From a virus (Duplodnaviria > Caudoviricetes), in the IMG/VR virus record IMGVR_UViG_3300016472_001021, positions 1 through 31,440 of that record: a stretch of 31,440 nucleotides of DNA, one strand, 5' to 3'. Numbering within the stretch: position 1 is the stretch's first letter; each line of letters begins with the position of its first letter. The position numbers and the translations under genes were made by a program. Of the stretch, positions 25,590 to 31,440 are shown one piece after another. The notes beneath the pieces were generated by a model. It was given only the letters and a program-made list of their open reading frames with translations, was not told where the DNA came from and searched no databases.

Positions 25590-28500
25590 CCTGTACTAAC
25601 TAATGTCCATTGTCCGTTAATATAATTAAATAATCCTTTATTTGCTGGTTTTAACCCCAAAGGATTAGCAAATGTTACAGAAAATGTTGGTAAAACTCCT
25701 GATCTACGACCTTGAACATAGCTCATTTGTATACTAGCCTGATTACCATTAATAGTACCTAAAGCTGTAAGAATAGGTTTGGTTATTGGTTCATAAAATC
25801 CATTATCTCTATTATATCTACATAACAATTTAGCTCCTTTTGGAGCAGTATAGCCCGCATTATCTATAACATATACTAATCTTCTATAAGTATTTTGCAA
25901 AGGTTCTTTGCTATATTCTATATCATCAATAAAAGCTCGTGCTGGAATTGTGCTTTCAAAATTACCTTCTCTAATCATATCTTGTTCTAGTGTAATATAA
26001 ATCATTTTATATGGACATTTATTATTAGTTCTATTATTTAAAAATTCATTTAAAGTAGATAGATCATTTTTATTACTAATTATAAAAGGTGGTAAAATTT
26101 CTTCTTTGCATCCCCCACTAGCATCCCAAACTCTTCTTTCATTATCCCACCTTAAATCTATTGGACCTACTGGCCAAAGATCTGGTCTTTCAGCCCAATT
26201 AAGATAAAACTTTTTAGAAGATTTAGATTTTTTAACCCATTTTCCAACACCTTGTGTTATACCATCCGAAGTTCCTTTCCATTCATATCTTTTTGTAATA
26301 ATATCCCCTAATATTGGAGCTGATGTACTAATCTCATAAGAACCACACTTTTCTAAATCATTAAATCCTAATTTTTTAGGATCATTACTAGTATTAATTT
26401 GAAATCTCAATAGTCTACCTTTATCATCTATACTATATGGCATATCAAGAGCATTAGGCACAGGATATCCATCAGTATCAAATCCCCAACCATGCATCAT
26501 TAATGGTCCTCTTAATGCAAAAAATCTTTTATTATTTAATTCATTAGTATTATTAGTATCTCGATTATCATAATCTGGATTTTTACCACGATTATTATAA
26601 CTATTTCTATTTGTTGGTGTCCAATTACTATCTTGATTTTTTGGAAATTTTCCATACGCCACAACATTAATACTATCTCTTCCTCTATCAATTCCGCTAG
26701 CATAAGGATTTCTAAATTCTCCAGTAGATACTACTACAGGACATAAACTTTTATAATTAATATCTGGTAAACCAGTTTCTCTATCAGGATACCTATCATT
26801 AGTTTTTACATTTATTTTACCACGACTACAAACTGGACAAGGAATATTTATTTCTGTTATGTTGCCACGATTACTGCTGTTTCTATTATAATTTAGATAA
26901 TTAATAGGAATATTTTTTGTATTTCTACATAATGGACACACTAAATCAGCATTCAAAGAGCCTAATGGTATACCACTTCCGTTTAATAAAGTACTGATGC
27001 TATAAGTTCCTAAATTTCTAGTAGGATAATAAGATACTGGAGATAATAATCCATCTAAACTCATTGCTGATTTACAATCATAATCTTGCTGTAATTCTGC
27101 TAAAGTTTCATCTCCCATAATCATACCAGCCCAATGATAATGAGATTTATTATTTAAAAATTGAACAAGTTTTGTATTATCATTATTAGATGGATCATCA
27201 TATATTGGATTATCTCCAGGATCCCTAATACGAAGTGGGTCTAAATTTGAATAAGCCAAAGGATTTTTTAATAATTCTCTAGCCTGACCAACTATCAATT
27301 CTGTAGGACTATTTCCAAATAGTCTAGATGATAATTTACTAACATCTGTACTTTTTCTATCTACTTTGGCGCTATCAAAAATTTTATTAATTTGTGTAGT
27401 TAATTGAGTAGAAATTTTATTATTTAATGTTGCTATAGCTTTATTAAATTTATTATTTTCTGCGGCCTGAGATTTTAAAGCATCAGTATATTCTTTGTTA
27501 TATAATCCTGTTTTGGGACTATATGTTTGGAATCTATAACTTGTTATGATATTATCATTACCAATTTGTAAAGTAATATTACTAATAATTGGTCCATCAA
27601 AACCAATAATATTACTATCTAATCTAAATGTTTCATAATTTATATTCTGAGAACTAGATCCAGTTTGTCCAACTAATTTTATATCAACCATAGTTACTGT
27701 ATTCCATATGGTTGTATAATAATTATTGTCATATACAAAGTTAAAATTTCTACTATTATCTCTTACTCTACTAGAAAAAGTGCCTCCTATACCAAATATT
27801 GGCATACCTACTATACTAACAGATCCATTTTCTAATATGGTTTGATAATGAGAGTCTGCTCCTATCATAGATTGAGCCGCAGAATCTAATAAAGAAGCAT
27901 TACCATAATTCCAAGGAACCAAATCGTTATTTTGTTCTACTTTAACTTTATGAATCATATTATTATTAATAATATTACTATTACCAATAATTAAATCTGG
28001 AAAATTTACCCATGGACCATAACAAAACTGATTGCTTTTTAATGGTATAGCAAAAAAATGAGGATGAGCAGTTTTTGCAGCTAAAAAGTCGTGATTAGTA
28101 CTACTAGGATTAGATTTTGGTCCAGTGTTAATTATGAATCTAGGATCTAATTCTGGAACTATATAATTCCTTAAAACCCTCAAATATTCTACATCTTCGT
28201 CATAACTACTATAAGAAGGATCATTTAATTTTGCTAATGTTCCTGGTCTTAATTTTTCATAAATAACTAAATCTTCAATAGCTATATTAGCGATAACAGT
28301 AAGATTAGGATCTTTTTCATAAGAATTACTACTATTAAAAGTATCCAATTGATTAACCTTCATAATAACTCTAGCATCAGTGAAAGAAGAAATATTCATA
28401 AAAATTATTTTATCGGTTTCGCATTTAGCAAATAATTTAGATGCTTTAACACTTCTGTTGTTAAATGGTTCTTTTTTATTATCCACTGGAACTATTACAA

Positions 28501-31440
28501 AATCATCAGATAACGAACTATAATCTAGAGATGGTAAGGTAAAAGAATTACCAGTTATCCAATTCATAGTTTCACTATAAACATTATTTATCATTCTAGC
28601 CCAATTATTAGCAAAAGAAGATTCTCCTCCTAAACAGTCTAAACTATTAGCAAAACTATTATCATTAGCTCCTTCGTTAGAAGTTTGCCAAACACTATTC
28701 CATGATTGATTTAGTAATCTTTCTGTTAATCCTGGCACACAACTAAAACTTGCTCCATATTGTCTTACGGTATTATCAATTACAAATCTCAAGATATTTT
28801 CTGTGTTTCTTAATGAATCTAATCTGTTTCTTTGATAATTTGGATTTGTATTCATATCTACTTCAGAACCTGAAACAATATTTTGATATTGATTGCTTAT
28901 TTCTCGATCTGCTAAAGCTGATAAATTATTAAATAATAATCTAGTTTTATTTATAGCATCTAATTCACACCATCTTTTTCTAATATCATCAATTTGCACA
29001 CTATTATTATATCCAACAATAGCATCTATTAATCCTTCATCATTAGTAAATACTTTAGAAAATCCATCTCCTATAACCATGCAATCATCTATAAAATTAC
29101 CAGGTTCTTCCCAAGCCCCTGATTTAGATAGTTCATAACTATAAAATAATTTTTTGCTACCACCATAAACAGATATTGCACTATGCTTAGATTTGATTTG
29201 TAATGTAGCATATTGTTGATCAGAATATATTGTTATTTCTGGGATTTTTACAAGATATTGTTTTCCATAGTAAGTATCAGCTATTTTTTTAATAAATTCA
29301 TGTATAATTTTAAGATCTTTAATAAAGTTGTGATTTAATAAACCATTAAATTTAATTTTAGATGGTAAAGAAGTTTCTGGTAGTGTTGTTATGCCATATT
29401 TAATTATATTTTGATCTTTGGGAACAGCATGTTTTCTAGTTAATCCGCTTGAATCATCTTTAATATTTGGGTTAGCGTCAAAATCTTTTGGATCCATAAA
29501 TAATTCACCCTTTGCAGCATAAGCTGTTGCAAGCATCAAAAATAAATCCGGTTTACTAAAATGGCTTTTACCCAAACAATAACTTAAATAACTATCAAAA
29601 CCCACTAATGCTGATCTCATTTCGGTTTCTTTAACTGTAAATCCTGGTCTATTTAATACTGATCTTCTAATATTTTTTAATACTGGATTAACACTACCAT
29701 CAACAATAGTATTTGCTCTTCTTGATGGAGGTAAAATACCGCTTGCTCTAGGATTAGTATTATTCTGACTAAAAGATGTTCTTTGTAAACCCTGCATATT
29801 TGTGCTATTATTTCCAAAACCACTAGGAAAAGAAGGATTATCATATAAACTTAAAGGTTCTCCTATACTTAGAGCTGGCAAATCTTTTAAACTAAAACCA
29901 ACACATAATTGATTTGTCCATGTGTCTAAAAATACTGGTCTTGGTCTTCTAAATTCATTAGTATCATCATTAACCGGCATACTATCCTCAAGAGTTCGTC
30001 CAAAATAAGGACAAATCCAATCATTTTGTAAATTAAAAAATCTATTAACACCAATATTTCCACCATCAATAATATTATTGCTATTATAATTAGCTAAAGT
30101 TTCAGCAAAAGATTGTGCTGGATTTTCAGTTATACAAGCAGGCTCACTAAAATTTTTAGCAGGACAGGGGGTGTTGGGGAAATCATATGAACAATTAATA
30201 TCTAGATATTGTGAGGGTCCCACACTATTAATAGCGGCAAAAACATCACAAGGATACTTATTATAAGTTTGTAAATAATAATCACCATAAGAACCATTTA
30301 TATTATTAGTAATATTAGTAGTTGTAGTAAATTGATAATTTCCTCTAATAGCTTTATTACCAACAGTACCATCAGTAACTTCGTTATCTGACCAAACATT
30401 ATCTATTCCATCACAATTAAATCTAGATCCTCTGTCTATATCTTGAATATTTAATCTATTCGAATTAGTTTCTCCAAAAATATATTGTGAAATAATATTA
30501 TTTCTTGTAGAAAAAACATCAGGAATTCTAGCTTTATTCCATGGTTTATTTAAATTAATAAAAGTTTTTGTTATAGGGTTATAAATATATGATGTTTGAT
30601 TAAAAGATAATCTATAGTTTTTAACTTGATATAGTCTTTGCTGTGGACCCCCTATCAAAAATTTATATGTATCATTTTCATTGCTTTCTTGACCAAAACT
30701 ACTATTAGTAATTTTATAATTTTGATTTTCAAGACTAGTTATAATATTTTTAATACGATTATTATCTTGATAAGATGTTTTATCAATTGCTATTATTTTA
30801 ATAATAAATTGAGATAATGTATTTTCTATATCATAAGCTGGAACAACTTTAGTTACAAATTCTTTACCACTATTTTCAGATATTACTCTTATAATATCCA
30901 TTATGCTTTGGGACCCACTTATTCTAAAATCGGGAATAATATTACTAATATCGCTAATATCTAAACTAAATGTATTATAGATTCTATAAAGATTATCAAT
31001 ACCAGTAGGATATCTATTTGTGCCAACAGATCTAGGAATAATACCAAATTTTAGTATAGTATCAACAATAGTATTATTTCCTGCTGGGAGATCCGGCGCT
31101 GGTGGCGATATATTGCTCAAACTTTTTGATAATAATCTACCAAAAGGAGAAAATGGTTTATCATTTTCTCTTATTTCTTTTGACGAAGTTAATATGCTTA
31201 ATCCTTTAAGAATATCTATTGCTCTTAATCCATTATCATTTCTATTACTTCCTCCAAAATTATTAATACCAAAACTTTCTAAAAATCCATAAACATTAAA
31301 AATATTAGGAATATTACCCTCACTCAACAAACCCTCATAAGTAAAACTACTACTATTTATCAAGCTAATAGGAGATCCTTTATTTATTGATGTTTTTCCA
31401 AAAATAGATCCTGCATAACTATCCAAGATAACATAAGAAC
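25586..31440 (-). CDS. Giant (>1946 aa, 5'-truncated by window) putative baseplate hub/tail protein
   Basis: The frame stays open upstream of the TTG at 31426 to the window edge (S-Y-V-I-L-D-S-Y), so the true start lies outside. GSVSIVGMP..GIG...ISNITLQIG...TSYRF followed by a coiled-coil resembles hub/Tal architecture; CPLC...CPVC pair; ATGA overlap with the 2541-aa gene. Confidence 0.6.
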   Translation of the reverse strand, partial: SYVILDSYAGSIFGKTSINKGSPISLINSSSFTYEGLLSEGNIPNIFNVYGFLESFGINNFGGSNRNDNGLRAIDILKGLSILTSSKEIRENDKPFSPFGRLLSKSLSNISPPAPDLPAGNNTIVDTILKFGIIPRSVGTNRYPTGIDNLYRIYNTFSLDISDISNIIPDFRISGSQSIMDIIRVISENSGKEFVTKVVPAYDIENTLSQFIIKIIAIDKTSYQDNNRIKNIITSLENQNYKITNSSFGQESNENDTYKFLIGGPQQRLYQVKNYRLSFNQTSYIYNPITKTFINLNKPWNKARIPDVFSTRNNIISQYIFGETNSNRLNIQDIDRGSRFNCDGIDNVWSDNEVTDGTVGNKAIRGNYQFTTTTNITNNINGSYGDYYLQTYNKYPCDVFAAINSVGPSQYLDINCSYDFPNTPCPAKNFSEPACITENPAQSFAETLANYNSNNIIDGGNIGVNRFFNLQNDWICPYFGRTLEDSMPVNDDTNEFRRPRPVFLDTWTNQLCVGFSLKDLPALSIGEPLSLYDNPSFPSGFGNNSTNMQGLQRTSFSQNNTNPRASGILPPSRRANTIVDGSVNPVLKNIRRSVLNRPGFTVKETEMRSALVGFDSYLSYCLGKSHFSKPDLFLMLATAYAAKGELFMDPKDFDANPNIKDDSSGLTRKHAVPKDQNIIKYGITTLPETSLPSKIKFNGLLNHNFIKDLKIIHEFIKKIADTYYGKQYLVKIPEITIYSDQQYATLQIKSKHSAISVYGGSKKLFYSYELSKSGAWEEPGNFIDDCMVIGDGFSKVFTNDEGLIDAIVGYNNSVQIDDIRKRWCELDAINKTRLLFNNLSALADREISNQYQNIVSGSEVDMNTNPNYQRNRLDSLRNTENILRFVIDNTVRQYGASFSCVPGLTERLLNQSWNSVWQTSNEGANDNSFANSLDCLGGESSFANNWARMINNVYSETMNWITGNSFTLPSLDYSSLSDDFVIVPVDNKKEPFNNRSVKASKLFAKCETDKIIFMNISSFTDARVIMKVNQLDTFNSSNSYEKDPNLTVIANIAIEDLVIYEKLRPGTLAKLNDPSYSSYDEDVEYLRVLRNYIVPELDPRFIINTGPKSNPSSTNHDFLAAKTAHPHFFAIPLKSNQFCYGPWVNFPDLIIGNSNIINNNMIHKVKVEQNNDLVPWNYGNASLLDSAAQSMIGADSHYQTILENGSVSIVGMPIFGIGGTFSSRVRDNSRNFNFVYDNNYYTTIWNTVTMVDIKLVGQTGSSSQNINYETFRLDSNIIGFDGPIISNITLQIGNDNIITSYRFQTYSPKTGLYNKEYTDALKSQAAENNKFNKAIATLNNKISTQLTTQINKIFDSAKVDRKSTDVSKLSSRLFGNSPTELIVGQARELLKNPLAYSNLDPLRIRDPGDNPIYDDPSNNDNTKLVQFLNNKSHYHWAGMIMGDETLAELQQDYDCKSAMSLDGLLSPVSYYPTRNLGTYSISTLLNGSGIPLGSLNADLVCPLCRNTKNIPINYLNYNRNSSNRGNITEINIPCPVCSRGKINVKTNDRYPDRETGLPDINYKSLCPVVVSTGEFRNPYASGIDRGRDSINVVAYGKFPKNQDSNWTPTNRNSYNNRGKNPDYDNRDTNNTNELNNKRFFALRGPLMMHGWGFDTDGYPVPNALDMPYSIDDKGRLLRFQINTSNDPKKLGFNDLEKCGSYEISTSAPILGDIITKRYEWKGTSDGITQGVGKWVKKSKSSKKFYLNWAERPDLWPVGPIDLRWDNERRVWDASGGCKEEILPPFIISNKNDLSTLNEFLNNRTNNKCPYKMIYITLEQDMIREGNFESTIPARAFIDDIEYSKEPLQNTYRRLVYVIDNAGYTAPKGAKLLCRYNRDNGFYEPITKPILTALGTINGNQASIQMSYVQGRRSGVLPTFSVTFANPLGLKPANKGLFNYINGQWTLVSTG

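Larger units (their letters stand above)
1..31440. other. Segment of a large dsDNA bacteriophage genome (replication/modification block convergent with a probable structural block)
   Basis: Near-gapless overlapping ORFs; clustered helicase, primase, T4-gp1-like dNMP kinase, solo Cas4-like nuclease, DnaE, SSB, SSAP and homing-type endonucleases; giant unannotated proteins on the opposite strand; no bacterial housekeeping operons. Confidence 0.9.

Noticed and set aside
20497-31292. Short plus-strand ORFs (20497, 25135, 28750, 28893, 31020)
   Set aside because: Antisense shadows of the giant minus-strand genes, with no motifs recognised.
31424-31426. TTG as the start of the 1946-aa ORF
   Set aside because: The frame is open to the window edge and there is no SD, so the real start is upstream of the window.
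1-31440. Stop-codon reassignment (alternative genetic code)
   Set aside because: Genes tile the window under the standard code; TAA, TGA and TAG all end genes at sensible positions; the dnaE halves are in different frames, so readthrough would not fuse them.

Overview
Gene-dense, very AT-rich segment of a large dsDNA tailed phage genome (standard genetic code; no tRNA, rRNA, CRISPR array or integrase seen). Plus strand, 1-17579, is a replication/recombination block: DnaB-like helicase C-terminus with an apparent 1-nt frameshift near 93-100, DnaG-like primase, dNMP kinase, and a Cas4/AddB-like PD-(D/E)XK nuclease. Next is a DnaE (Pol III alpha) split into two separate genes with no intein, with a ~60-aa ORF and a DEDDh (epsilon-like) exonuclease between the halves, then SSB. 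These are followed by a GT4-like glycosyltransferase carrying a 403-aa LAGLIDADG intein that ends in Phe-Gln, a run of seven overlapping ORFs, most resembling catalytically degenerate glycosyl-, methyl- or nucleotidyl-transferases, a NUMOD3/Vsr-like endonuclease, a probable single-strand annealing protein and a Zn-ribbon protein. Minus strand, 17580-31440, holds a small Cys-rich protein and two giant, probably virion/tail proteins (2541 aa, and >1946 aa running off the window). Two promoters with perfect sigma70 hexamers lie at 7639 and 17145. The strongest candidates for new biology are the intein-less split DnaE with an embedded exonuclease, the pseudo-enzyme glycosylation cluster and the atypical intein. 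All functional calls come from motif recognition by eye, not database searches.
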